A DNA stretch of 64,000 nucleotides from an uncultured Gemmatimonadales bacterium (GCA_963739455.1 CAVUAK010000001.1:352001-416000), one strand, 5' to 3'. Positions 1-12,421 are shown, counted from the first letter of the stretch. Notes: generated by a model from the sequence alone, not told the origin. Translations and numbers: made by a program.

Positions 1-161
1 TCGGCGGCACGCGCAAAGTGTCCCACGCCCGGCATCACGACCCTGAACCCTTGACTCACGACCTCTGGATCAGCAGAGAGGGTGACCTCATGCCCCGACG
101 CCCCGATCGCGCGCACGACACTGGCCAGGTTGTTCACCCCGTAGTCCACCACGACGATCAC
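1..161 (-). CDS. hisH: Imidazole glycerol phosphate synthase glutamine amidotransferase subunit, N-terminal part (runs off window)
   Basis: Manual translation from GTG at 161 (overlapping the hisB stop): MIVVVDYGVNNLASVVRA...VVMPGVGHF, the HisH N-terminal DYG.N and PGVG motifs; follows hisB. Confidence 0.9.
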   Translation of the reverse strand, partial: MIVVVDYGVNNLASVVRAIGASGHEVTLSADPEVVSQGFRVVMPGVGHFARAA

Positions 162-748
162 AGCACGCCCTTGGTCGACGGCACCCCCCGCACTCGGGGA
201 TCGATCATGGTGGCACCGTCCAGCGCGCGGGCAAACGCCTTGACCGCCGCCTCGACGATGTGGTGCGGGTTGTCGCCGCGGATCAGGTCTACGTGCGCCG
301 TGAGCCCGGCATTCGTCACCAGCGCGCGGAAGAACTCCGGCGTGAGGAACACGTCGTAGTCGCCCAGCAGTTGCCACTTCGGAATCTCGACCTGGTATGA
401 CAGGTACGGCCGGCCGGAGACGTCCACCACGGCGCGCACCAGCGCCTCGTCGAGCGGCACCAGCGCATCGGCATACCGGCGGATACCGGCACGGTCACCC
501 AGCGCCTTGGCAATCGCCTCCCCCAGCGCGATCCCGGTGTCTTCCACCGTGTGATGCCCGTCCACGTGCAGGTCGCCCTTCGCCTCCACGGTAAGGTCGA
601 AGAGCCCGTGCCGCGCGAAGGCGTCGAGCATGTGGTCGAAGAAGCCGATGCCCGTGCTCACGCTCGCCACGCCCGACCCGTCGAGGTCGATGCGCACGCG
701 CAGTTCCGTCTCCTTTGTCTTCCTGGTTATCTCACCGATTCGCGCCAT
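158..748 (-). CDS. hisB: Imidazoleglycerol-phosphate dehydratase
   Basis: R.TKET, GIGFFDHML, DGHHTVED and NPHHIVEA..KAFARAL motifs. Confidence 0.97.
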   Translation of the reverse strand: MARIGEITRKTKETELRVRIDLDGSGVASVSTGIGFFDHMLDAFARHGLFDLTVEAKGDLHVDGHHTVEDTGIALGEAIAKALGDRAGIRRYADALVPLDEALVRAVVDVSGRPYLSYQVEIPKWQLLGDYDVFLTPEFFRALVTNAGLTAHVDLIRGDNPHHIVEAAVKAFARALDGATMIDPRVRGVPSTKGVL

Positions 749-755
749 CGACCCT

Positions 756-783
756 CCTCACTCCTCACCCCTCACCCCTCACG
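756..783 (+). repeat. 4 x heptamer CCTCACN at the hisC/hisB junction
   Basis: CCTCACT CCTCACC CCTCACC CCTCACG; on the minus strand it supplies the hisC TGA (779-781) and runs into the AGGAGG SD of hisB. Confidence 0.9.
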
Positions 784-1868
784 CAGTTCCTAGAATCTCG
801 GCCAACGCCCGTTCCACCGCCACCATGTCCCCATCCGTCCCCACCGAGATGCGCAGGCATTGCTCCAGCCCGGCCACGCCCGACACATCGCGCACCAGGA
901 TGTCATGCTCCTCGAGCAAGCGCCGGTACACCTCGCTCGGTGCCACCGAATGGAAGCGCACCAGGAAGAAGTTGCCGGCGCTCGGGTACACCGTGACACC
1001 TGGCAGCGCGCTGAGCCGTGGGAACGTCCGGTCGCGCGTCGCGATGATGCGCGACACCAGGTCCTGGCGTACGTCCATGTGCTCCAGTGCCACTTCCGCC
1101 GCCGTCAGCGTGAACAGGTTCACGTTGTACGGCAGCTTGGCCTTCGCGATCTCCCTCGCCATCCGCCGGATGCGCCAGCCCCACGCCGAACCGGAGCCCC
1201 GCCATGCCGAGCGCCTTGGAGAAGGTGCGCAGCACGACGACCCGGTCCGATGATGCCAGCGCACCCATTGCGTCCGCCCCGCCGAAATCGATGTACGCCT
1301 CGTCGCACAGCACCAGCGCCCCGGTCTCGGCGAGCACGCGCTCCACGGCACCCTGCGGCAGCACGCTGCCGGTCGGGTTGTTGGGCGAGTTGAGCACCAC
1401 CACCTTGGCCCGCTCTCGCACCGCAACGTCGATGAGGCGGTCCATGTCGTACTGGAATGCGTCATCGAGCGGCACCGGCACGTAGCGCCCGCCCGACACT
1501 GCCGTCAGGACGCGATAGAGCGAAAAGGTCGGGGCCGGTGCCACCACGGCGTCGCCCGGCTCCACCGTCACCGCGAGCGTCGCCTGGATCAGCTCGTTGG
1601 AGCCGTTCCCCGCGAGGATGCCGTCGGCCGGCCAGCGGAACCACTCGGCGAGCCGCTCGAGCAGCCTCGCCGGCACGAACTCAGGATAGCGCGGCCACGA
1701 GGCGCGGGCCACGCGCTCCACGATCTCGCGCTTGAGCGAGTCGGGGAGGTCGTACGGACTTTCGTTCTGGTTGAGTTTGCGTCCCGCGTCGAGTGCCGCG
1801 AGGGTGTACCCGGGCTGCGCCCTGACCGATGCCTTGATCAGGTCGAGCGCATCGGGCTCGTTGCTCAG
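779..1868 (-). CDS. hisC: Histidinol-phosphate aminotransferase (one frameshift near 1164, probably assembly error)
   Basis: KLNQNESPY, GNGSNELIQ, NSPNNPTG, DEAY, RTFSKALGMAGLR motifs across ORFs 903..1721 and 779..1465; in-frame 5' extension to a CTG at 1868 overlapping the upstream TGA. Confidence 0.9.
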
Positions 1869-4136
1869 ACCCGGCGGCGGCCCAGCACCGCCTCGAGCCG
1901 CGCCGAGAGCGCGCGGGCGCGGAAGGGCTTGGTCAGGAAGTCGTCGGCACCCATCTGGAAGACACGCACTTCGTTGTCCTCGTCACCCTTGGCCGTGAGC
2001 ACGATCACCGGGATCTGGCTGGTGGACGGCCGCGACCGGAGCCGCTGCAGCACGCCGTACCCGTCGATGCCGGGCAGGTTGAGGTCGAGCATGATCAGGT
2101 CGGGCGCGCTCCGGTCCACCTCATCCAGCGCCTGCGCACCGTCGCGCGCCTCAGCCACCTTGTAGCCCTCGCGCTCGAGCAGGTCCTTCATCACCCGGCG
2201 CAGCTGGTCCTCGTCTTCCACCAGCAGCACCATGCGGCCCTTGCCGCGGCCGGCCCACCGGGTCGTCGATGACCGGCGTGATCGCATCGTCCAGCAGCTC
2301 GAAGGAGAGGTCCACCCCCGGTCGCCGCCGGGCGGCGCCAGCGTGGCGACGCCGTTGCTGGCCGGCTCGACCGGCGGCATCGCCGGCTGCTGGCCGGACA
2401 CCCGGAACGGCGCCGGCGTCGGCACCCGGCCGATGCCGAAGCCGCCGGCCCGGTCGTCGTGCGGCACGTCGGTGACGCGGAGCAGCTCCTCCATGCGTCG
2501 TCTCGCCGTTGAGCACATGCACCAGGCCGCTCTCCCACAGCGACTTCATCCCCGAGTGACGCGCCGCCTCGGCGATCTTGTCGGCCGTGGCGCCGGCACC
2601 GATGCGCCGCTCGATCTCGGGATTCATCGTCAGCACCTCGACGATGCTGAAGCGGCCGCGGTAGCCCGTCATGGCGCAGTCGGGGCAGCCCACCGAGCGG
2701 TACAGCACCGCGCCCTCGGGGATGTAGCGCTTGATCCGGGTCGGCACCGCGTCGCGCGCTTCCTGCCGGCAGAGCGGGCAGAGGCGGCGCATCAGCCGCT
2801 GCGCGACGACGCCGCGCAGCGCGGTGGCGATCTTGTACGCCTCCATGCCCATGTCCACGAGGCGCGTCACCGCGTTCGGCGCGTCGTTGGTGTGGAGCGT
2901 GGAGAGCACCAGGTGGCCCGTGAGCGACGCCTGCACCGCGATCTGCGCCGTCTCGTGGTCGCGAATTTCGCCGACCAGCACCACGTCGGGGTCCTGCCGC
3001 AGGATCGAGCGCAGCGCCGTCGCGAACGTCAGCCCCGCCTTCTCGTTGACCTGCACCTGCACGATGTTCTCGCCCAGCCGGTACTCGACCGGGTCCTCGA
3101 CCGTGACGATGTTGACGCCCTCGCTCTGCACCATGCGGAGCGCGGAGTACAGCGTCGTCGTCTTGCCCGAGCCCGTCGGGCCGGTGACGAGGATGATGCC
3201 TTCCTTGTTCGTCAGCAGCTTCCCGATCTGCTCCCGCTCGTCCTCGGACATGCCGAGCGAGTCGAGCGACAGCACCGTCGCCTTGGCGTTCAGGATCCGG
3301 ATGACGACCTTCTCGCCGTGCGTCGCCGGCAGCGTCGAGATGCGCAGGTCGACCGGCGAGCCGTTCACCGAGACACGGGCGCGCCCGTCCTGCGGCCGGC
3401 GCCGGTCGGCGATGTCGAGCCCGGACATGATCTTGATGCGGGAGATGAGCGGCACGCCGGCGCTGCGCGGGATCTTCATGACCTGCCGCAGCACGCCGTC
3501 GATGCGGTAGCGCACCACGACGCCACCCTCCACCGGCTCGACGTGCACGTCGCTCGCCCGGCTGGAGATGCCGTCGGCCAGCATCATGTCCACCAGCCGC
3601 ACGATCGGCGCGGTGCTCGCCTCTTCCGCCGAGGCGGCGACGTCGGCCGGTTCGTCCTCGAGCTGTACGTCCGCATCCTCGAGGCCGCCCAGGATCTTGT
3701 GCACCGCCTCGTCGGCGCCGCCATAGAGCATCTCGGCGCGCTCGCGGATCTTCGACGGCGACGCCAGCAGCATGCGCACTTCGCGTCCTGTCGCGAACGC
3801 GAGCATCTTCTCGGCGTCGATGTCGAATGGATTGGCGGTGGCGACTTCGAGGAAGGAATCCGTCATCCGGAGCGGCAGCACGTTGAAGCGCCGCACCAGG
3901 TTTTCCGGCAGGTTCTCGCGCACCCTGACGTCGAGCACCCCAATTTCCGCCACCGGCAGGCGGAAGCGCTTGGCGATCGCCGCCAGGATCAGGTCGTCCG
4001 TCGTCAGCCGACGCTGGACCAATTGCTCCCAGAGGGACACCGTCGCCATCCCGGATTCCGACCGGACGGCATCGATGGCACCCTCAGGCAAAAGGACCTG
4101 AACCGTGGCAACCAGCCACTCGTCGTTGAACGCCAT
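1865..4136 (-). CDS. GspE/PilB-family secretion/pilus ATPase with C-terminal response-regulator receiver domain (frameshifts at about 2490, 2315, 2255)
   Basis: N-terminal T2SSE_N-like domain, ASDVHVEP, Walker A GPTGSGKTTT, LRQDPDVVLVGEIRD, TGH...STLHTN, CxxC..CxxC; then REC: LLVEDE..LIMLDLNLPGIDG..LTAK..TKPF. Confidence 0.8.
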
Positions 4137-4292
4137 GAACTCCTGACTCGCCAGTGAAGCCTGCGACCCTGACTGAAGCTAACTATACCTCCCGCAAGAC
4201 CATAGCGGCGTGCAGGGTGCCTTCAGGGGCCCCCGTGGCTTGCTGCCCGGGCGCGCCCGCCGGTACCTTCCCGCCCTCCCCACAGCCACCTC

Positions 4293-4904
4293 ATGACACG
4301 ACTCCGCGGGCATCTTAGCAGGACGCGTTCCAATGCCCGGGGATGGGCCACCCTGGCACTGGCCCTGGCCGCGGCCTGCGGGGGACGGCGCGGCGTCAAC
4401 ACCTCCTCCCGCCCTGAGGAGACTGTCGAACGCACCCTGGCGCAGTCCGACGTGTGGGTCCTGGAGGCCGGAGGCACCCCGCCCGACGACACCACCCTCA
4501 CGCTCATCGCCGGCCAGGCCCGGGTGGTCGTGCTGCGCAACGGTGCCCCCGACCTCGCCACCTTTGCGGTCCTGATCTTTCCCGACAGCGCACTCAAGGC
4601 CGAGGCCGGCACCCCGGTGGAGCTGACGCTGCATGTGCGCCCCGGCGTCTACGGCCTCGATATCGACTGCAAGGCCGAGACGGTGGGTGCCCGCATCATG
4701 TTCAAGTATGCTCGCCACTTCGAGGCACCTATCGAGGCATACAAGAAGTACGGCAGCAACGAGGCTTTCGAGCGGCAACTCGCCATCGGGCGGCTCAATG
4801 GCGACAGCACGATGCTCCTGCTCGCCACCCGGCGCCCCAACCAGGACAACCTGAGCGCGCTGATCAAGGGCAACGGCGCCTACGTGGTGGCGGGCCCCCG
4901 ATGA
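4293..4904 (+). CDS. Hypothetical lipoprotein
   Basis: Hydrophobic signal ending in LAAAC lipobox; stop overlaps the trpE start (ATGA). Confidence 0.7.
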   Translation: MTRLRGHLSRTRSNARGWATLALALAAACGGRRGVNTSSRPEETVERTLAQSDVWVLEAGGTPPDDTTLTLIAGQARVVVLRNGAPDLATFAVLIFPDSALKAEAGTPVELTLHVRPGVYGLDIDCKAETVGARIMFKYARHFEAPIEAYKKYGSNEAFERQLAIGRLNGDSTMLLLATRRPNQDNLSALIKGNGAYVVAGPR

Positions 4905-6392
4905 AGAGTCGCTTCGAGGACTTCGCCGAGCGCGCCGCGCGGGGTGGCATCGTCCCCGTCACCCGCGAAGTGGTGCTCGACGGCGATACGCCCGTATCGG
5001 CCTTCCAGAAACTCCACCGCGGCCGCTACGGTTTCCTCCTGGAATCACTCGAGGGTGGCGAGCGCTGGGCCCGGTACACCTTCCTCGCCACTGACCCGCG
5101 GGAAGTGTTCGAGTACCGCGACGGTGGCGTTCGTCGCTGGTCGGCGGCCGGAGGGTGGGGCCCCCTCACCCCTCACCCCTCACCCCTCACCCATCTGGGC
5201 GAGGTCATGCGCGCCCATCCGCCCGCCCATGTGCCGGGATTGCCACGCTTCACCGGCGGTGCCGTCGGGTTCATGGGCTACGACGTGGTGCGCACGCTCG
5301 AGAGCTTGCCCGATGCCCCGCCCGACGACCGCGACCTGCCCGACGCGCTCTTCATGGTGGTCGACACTCTCCTGGTGCTCGACAACATCTACAATCGCGC
5401 CACCGTCATTGCCTCCGTCGAAGTGACGCCCGGTGCCGATGCCGCAACGCTGAGGCAGGGCTTTGACGACGCCGAGGCGCGCATTGACCTCTGGCTCAGC
5501 CGCCTCGAGTCGCCCAGCCAGGTGCAGCCCCTCGCCATGGAGCCGGTGGCGATGCCCCGCTCCACGTCGCCCTACCCCGACGACACCTTTCGCGCCGACG
5601 TCTCGCGCATCAAGGAGTACATCGCGGCCGGTGACATCTTCCAGGCGGTGCTCTCGCGGCGCATCGACCTCCCCGCGCCGCCACCATTTCTCGCCTATCG
5701 GTATCTCCGGGCACTCAACCCGGCGCCGTACCTTTACTACCTGCAGTTTGACGATATCTGCATCGTGGGCAGCTCCCCCGAGGTGCTGGTGCGCGTGGAG
5801 GACGGCGAGGTGGTCGTCCGGCCCATTGCCGGCACCCGGCCCGCGGGGCGCCACGCCGGAGGACGACGCCGCCATGGAGGCGGAGCTCGTCGCCGACCCG
5901 AAGGAACGGGCCGAGCACCTCATGCTGGTGGACCTGGGGCGCAACGACGTCGGCCGGGTGGCCGAGTACGGCACCGTACGCCTTACCACCTTCATGACGG
6001 TGGAGCGATACTCTCACGTCATGCACCTCGTCAGCGAAGTGCGGGGACGCCTCCGCCCCGGTATCGACGCCCTCGCGGCACTCGGCGCCTGCTTCCCCGC
6101 AGGCACGGTGAGCGGCGCCCCCAAGGTGCGGGCGATGGAGGTCATCGATGAACTGGAGCCCACCCGTCGCGGTCCCTATGCCGGCGCCGTCGGCTATGTC
6201 AGCTGGGGCGCGCTCACCCTCGATACCGCGATCGCCATCCGCACCTGCGTCATGAAGGACGGGCGCGCCTGGGTGCAGGCCGGTGCCGGCGTGGTCGCCG
6301 ACTCCGATCCGATGACCGAGTGGCGCGAGACGGAGGCGAAGGCGCGCGCCGTGCTTACCGCCCTCGCACTCGCCGCCCGGGGTCACGCATGA
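4901..6392 (+). CDS. trpE: Anthranilate synthase component I (frameshift near 5840)
   Basis: [83 protein letters not shown] motifs. Confidence 0.9.
5164..5191 (+). repeat. 4 x CCTCACC heptamer inside trpE (encodes [11 protein letters not shown])
   Basis: Perfect tandem; same unit as 756-783. Confidence 0.9.
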
Positions 6393-7967
6393 GCGAGACG
6401 GTCTTTCGCTTGATCCGCACCAACGGCCCCGAGGCGTTCGAGCTCGCGGCCGGCAACTCGTACGTCCTCGGCCGCGGCCCCTCGAGCGACTTCCCGGTGG
6501 CCGACCCCACCATCTCCCGGCGTCACGCCGAGCTCCGCGTGGAGTCCGATGCACTGGAGATCGTCGACCTCGGCAGCAGCAACGGCACCCAGGTCAATGG
6601 CAACAAGATCGCGCGCGGGCGTGCCGCGGCCTTCGATACGCTGACCTTCGGGCGCGCCACCTTCCGCGTCGAGCCGCTGGAGACGGGTCCCCGCTCGGCC
6701 GGCGGCACCATCGTGCGCCAGGTCAGGGTCGAGGGTGGACGCGACGCCTTCGCGCACCTCGATGCTCACTCCGAGCGAAGCCTGCTCAAGCTCGGTGACG
6801 CCGATGCCGCCGCGCGGCAGGCCCGCAAGCTCGAGCTGCTGCTCGATCTTTCCCAGCGCCTCTCGGGCGAGCTCGATCACGAGCGCCTGCTCGAGACGAT
6901 CGTGCACACCGCGTTCGAGGTGCTCGCGGTGGATCGGGTCGCCATCCTCCTGCTCGACGTGGCGAGTGGCAAGCTCGTGCCCCGCATGAGCCGGAGCCGC
7001 ATCGGCAACCTGCCCGCAGAAGCGGTGCCCCGCTCCATCGTCGACACCGTCGTCGCCGGCCGCGTGGCCGTGCTCTCCGACAATGCAGTCGCCGACAGCC
7101 GCTTCAGCGGACAGTCGATCCTGCGCCAGAGCGTGCGCAGCGCCATGTGCACACCCCTCATGGCCAGCGCGGAGCAGGTGCTCGGCATTCTCTACGTCGA
7201 CAGCGTCACCGCCACCAACTCGTTCAGCGACGAGGATCTCCAGTTCCTCATCGCGTTCGGTGGTATCGCGGCCGCCGGGCATCCGCGCCAGCATGCAGGC
7301 CGACGAGCTGCAGGAGCAGGCCATCGTGCGCGGCAGTTTCGAGCGCTACTTCGCGCCCGGGGTGGCCGCCGAGATCGCGCGCACCGCCGGCGCGACGCAG
7401 CTGGGTGGCGAGCGCCGCAAGATCGCCGTGCTGTTCAGCGACGTGCGCGGCTTCACCCGTCTCGCCGAGGGCATGACCCCCGAGGCCCTGGCCAAGCTCC
7501 TCTCCGAGTACTTCACGGAGATGGTCGAGGTGGTGTTCGAGCACGGCGGCACCCTCGACAAGTTTGTCGGCGATGCCATCATGGCCCTGTGGGGTGCACC
7601 CCAGGCGCAGGACGACGCCCCCGATCGCGCCGTGCGCGCCGCGCTCGCCATGCAGGAGGCGCTGGCACACCTGAACGCCCGCTGGCTCGCGGCCGGGCGG
7701 CCCGCACTCGGCGTGGGCATCGGCATCAATTTCGGTGAGGTATTTGTCGGCAACATCGGCAGCCACCGCCGGCTGGAATACACCGTGCTCGGCGACGTCG
7801 TGAACGTCGCGGCGCGCCTCTGCGCCGAGGCGGGAGCCGGGGAGATTCTCGTGGCTGATGGGGTTCGCGCAGCGACCTACGGCGGATGGAACTACGACGC
7901 GCTGGAGCCGATGGCCCTCAGCGGACGGGAGGAGAAGGTGAACGTCTTTCGGGTGGTTTCATCCTGA
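6389..7967 (+). CDS. FHA + GAF + class III adenylate/guanylate cyclase (frameshift near 7280)
   Basis: FHA ([17 protein letters not shown]), GAF ([23 protein letters not shown]), cyclase ([32 protein letters not shown]). Confidence 0.9.
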
Positions 7968-7989
7968 GCGCAGCGAAGGATCGCCCTGC

Positions 7990-8436
7990 TTGCGCATAGT
8001 CCTCCAGCGCGTCTCGAGCGCCTCGGTCACGATCGACGGCGAGGTGACTGGCGCAATCGGCACCGGCTTCTGCCTCCTGGCTGGCTATGCCCCCGATGAC
8101 ACTCCCGATGTCGTGTCATGGCTCGCCGAGAAAGTCGCCGGCCTTCGCCTCTTCAGCGATGCCGATGGCAAGATGAACCTCGGCCTCACCGATGTCGGCG
8201 GCGCGGTCCTCGTCATCTCCCAGTTCACGCTCTACGGCGATGCCTCGAAGGGCCGTCGTCCCTCCTTCATCGCCGCCGCGCGCCCGGAGATCGCCATTCC
8301 GCTGCACGATCAGTTCATCGCTGAACTTCGCGCCAGCGGCCTCACCGTTGCCACCGGGCGCTTTGGCGCCGACATGAAGGTGGCGCTCGTCAACGACGGT
8401 CCCGTCACCCTGATCCTCGAGCGCAACGCCGCATGA
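7990..8436 (+). CDS. dtd: D-aminoacyl-tRNA deacylase
   Basis: [25 protein letters not shown] motifs. Confidence 0.96.
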   Translation: MRIVLQRVSSASVTIDGEVTGAIGTGFCLLAGYAPDDTPDVVSWLAEKVAGLRLFSDADGKMNLGLTDVGGAVLVISQFTLYGDASKGRRPSFIAAARPEIAIPLHDQFIAELRASGLTVATGRFGADMKVALVNDGPVTLILERNAA

Positions 8437-9002
8437 TTCCACCCCTGGTGCTGGCGTCCGCATCGCCCCGTCGCAAGCAACTGCTGGAGATGCTCGGCAT
8501 TCCCTGCACCGTCGTTCCGTCCCGCGTCCCCGAGGTTCGCATCGCTGGGGAAAAGGCGATCCCCTACGCCGAGCGGCTGGCGCAATCAAAGGCCCTGAGC
8601 GTGGCGGGCGATCTCGTCCTCGCCGCTGACACGATCGTGGTCTCCGGGGACAGCATCCTGGAAAAGCCCGCCGATGAGACGGACGCGTTCCACATGCTCT
8701 CGCGGCTTCGCGGACACTCGCACAAGGTCGTCACAGCGGTGGCGCTTTCCCACATGCGCCAGCTCCGGCTCAGGACCGATGTCACCAAGGTCACCTTCCG
8801 GCACGTGTCCGATGATTTCATCCGCGCCTACATCGCCACCGGCGAACCGATGGACAAGGCCGGCGCCTACGGCATCCAGGGCTACGGCGCCGCCCTCGTC
8901 GAGAAGGTGGAGGGCGATTTCTTCGGGGTGATGGGCCTGCCGGTGCGGCTGGTGCTCGACCTCCTCGCCGAGGCCGGATTCGACTACACCTTCAGGTCCT
9001 AG
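8433..9002 (+). CDS. maf: Maf-family nucleoside triphosphate pyrophosphatase
   Basis: [31 protein letters not shown] motifs. Confidence 0.95.
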   Translation: MIPPLVLASASPRRKQLLEMLGIPCTVVPSRVPEVRIAGEKAIPYAERLAQSKALSVAGDLVLAADTIVVSGDSILEKPADETDAFHMLSRLRGHSHKVVTAVALSHMRQLRLRTDVTKVTFRHVSDDFIRAYIATGEPMDKAGAYGIQGYGAALVEKVEGDFFGVMGLPVRLVLDLLAEAGFDYTFRS

Positions 9003-9035
9003 AACGAGAAACGCTCCCGGCTTCAGCCGGGAGCG
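9001..9035 (-). terminator. Intrinsic terminator between convergent maf and glmS
   Basis: Stem CGCTCCCGGC (9012-9021) / GCCGGGAGCG (9026-9035), loop TTCA; minus-strand tail TTTCTCGTTCT. Confidence 0.75.
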
Positions 9036-9039
9036 CCCG

Positions 9040-9062
9040 TTCCCTGTTTCCCTGTTTCCTGT
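9040..9062 (+). repeat. About 3 x TTCCCTGT just after the glmS stop
   Basis: TTCCCTGT TTCCCTGT TTCCTGT; related to the CCTGTTC array at 25986. Confidence 0.75.
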
Positions 9063-9063
9063 C

Positions 9064-10890
<1,827 letters not shown>

Positions 10891-10903
10891 CGTTCACTCC
10901 TTC

Positions 10904-12280
10904 TCAAGCCAGCTCCCGCGCAGCGCCGACAAGTGACTCGGCGTCGGTCGCCGTTGGAGCCTCTGCGATGTAGCGGATGATCGGCTCCGTGCCCGATGGC
11001 CGAACGTGCAACCACCGATCGCGCCACGAAAGGCGAAGCCCATCCCGCTCGTCCGCGTCCGCATCAGGAAAGCGGCGCCGGAGCGCGTCGTACAGGGGGC
11101 GCAGTTCCGCCCCTCTCGGACCCTTCGCCTTCACGATCGTGTACCGTGGATGCTGACGGACCAGCTGGGACACCGGAACCCCAGACCCAGCCAGCATTTG
11201 CAAGATAAGGGCCACCCCCAGGGGGGCATCGCGGCCGATATGCAGCGCCGGCAGCATCACCCCGCCGTTGCCCTCCCCGCCGATCAGCGCCCCCTCATCC
11301 CGCATGGTACGAGCGACGTTAGCCTCACCCACCGGCGCCCGGACAAACCTCGCGCCGTAGTCCCGGGCGGCATCCTCGACGACAAGGCTGGTGGAAAGGT
11401 TCACCACCACTGTGGCTGGCTTCCCCGCCTTCCCCGCCCTCCCCGCCTTGTCCGCTTGGAGGACCGTCCTCACTGCGAACGCCAGCGTGTAGTCCTCCCC
11501 CGGCGCCGTTCCTGTCTCATCCACCAGGGCCAACCTGTCCACGTCCGGGTCGACGGCCATCCCGATGTCGGCCTTCGTTTCCCGGACCAGCTTGCCGAGC
11601 TCGACCAGGTTCTCCGGGATCGGCTCCGGCGCACGAGGGAAGCGGCCATCGGTCTCGAGGTTGATACCATGCACCTCGCATCCGAGTTGCTCGAGCAGCG
11701 CCGGAATCGACCGTCCCCCGGCTCCACGGACACAATCGAGCGCCACCCGGAACCGCCGGGCCCGGATCTTTTCGACGTCGATCATCGGCAGGCGAAGGAT
11801 GTGCGCGAAGTGCCGCTGCAGTGCCGAAGGGTCCTCGCGCACCACGCCGAGTCCCTCCCAGCCGTTCCTGACCGGGCCCTTCTCGGCCAGGGCGCGCACC
11901 GCGGCACCTGCGTCCCCATCCAGGAAGATCCCGTCGGGACCCACGAACTTGAGCGCGTTCCACTCGATCGGGTTGTGGCTCGCGGTGAGGATCAGACCCG
12001 CACCGGCGTGATGCTCCTCCACCGCCATCTGCACCGTCGGCGTCGGCACGATGCCAAGGTCGATGACGTCCACGCCCACCGACATCAGGCCGGCCGTGGC
12101 GGCATGCGCGAACATCGGCCCACTCGTTCGCGAGTCGCGCCCGAGTACCACCAGTGGCTTCCCCTGGCTTCGCGCCCAGGAACCCAGCGCCGCGGCGTGG
12201 CGGGTGACGAGTTCAGGCGTGAGGTCGGTTCCCACATGTCCACGCATTCCGGACACGCTGATCATGAGTGTTGATGACAT
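10904..12280 (-). CDS. glmM: Phosphoglucosamine mutase / alpha-D-phosphohexomutase
   Basis: TASHNP, DPDVDR, GEGNGG, VRPSGTEP; adjacent to glmS. Confidence 0.8.
   Translation of the reverse strand: MSSTLMISVSGMRGHVGTDLTPELVTRHAAALGSWARSQGKPLVVLGRDSRTSGPMFAHAATAGLMSVGVDVIDLGIVPTPTVQMAVEEHHAGAGLILTASHNPIEWNALKFVGPDGIFLDGDAGAAVRALAEKGPVRNGWEGLGVVREDPSALQRHFAHILRLPMIDVEKIRARRFRVALDCVRGAGGRSIPALLEQLGCEVHGINLETDGRFPRAPEPIPENLVELGKLVRETKADIGMAVDPDVDRLALVDETGTAPGEDYTLAFAVRTVLQADKAGRAGKAGKPATVVVNLSTSLVVEDAARDYGARFVRAPVGEANVARTMRDEGALIGGEGNGGVMLPALHIGRDAPLGVALILQMLAGSGVPVSQLVRQHPRYTIVKAKGPRGAELRPLYDALRRRFPDADADERDGLRLSWRDRWLHVRPSGTEPIIRYIAEAPTATDAESLVGAARELA
11421..11447 (+). repeat. 3 x nonamer (T/C)TCCCCGCC inside glmM (encodes KAGRAGKAGK)
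   Basis: 11420-11447 is identical over 28 bp to 12359-12386. Confidence 0.9.
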
Positions 12281-12312
12281 CGTTTCTCGGTGTAAGGTCG
12301 GGCTAGAATCTA

Positions 12313-12386
12313 GGCGGGTACGGCGGGTAAGGCGGGGAGGGGCGGGGAGGACACCCCACTTCCCCGCCTTCCCCGCCCTCCCCGCC
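12313..12386. repeat. Inverted pair of nonamer arrays in the divergent glmM / cystathionine gamma-synthase intergenic region
   Basis: Left GGCGGGTAC GGCGGGTAA GGCGGGGAG G GGCGGGGAG; right TTCCCCGCC TTCCCCGCC CTCCCCGCC. Confidence 0.85.
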
Positions 12387-12421
12387 CTGACTAGGCTTCC
12401 CCCTCCTCAAGCCACCCGTCC

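Noticed and set aside
4901..6392. trpE without an adjacent trpG as a novel enzyme
   Set aside because: Dispersed trp genes are common; the partner may lie outside the window.
10891..10903. glmS ribozyme
   Set aside because: Only 13 nt separate glmM and glmS, which leaves no room.
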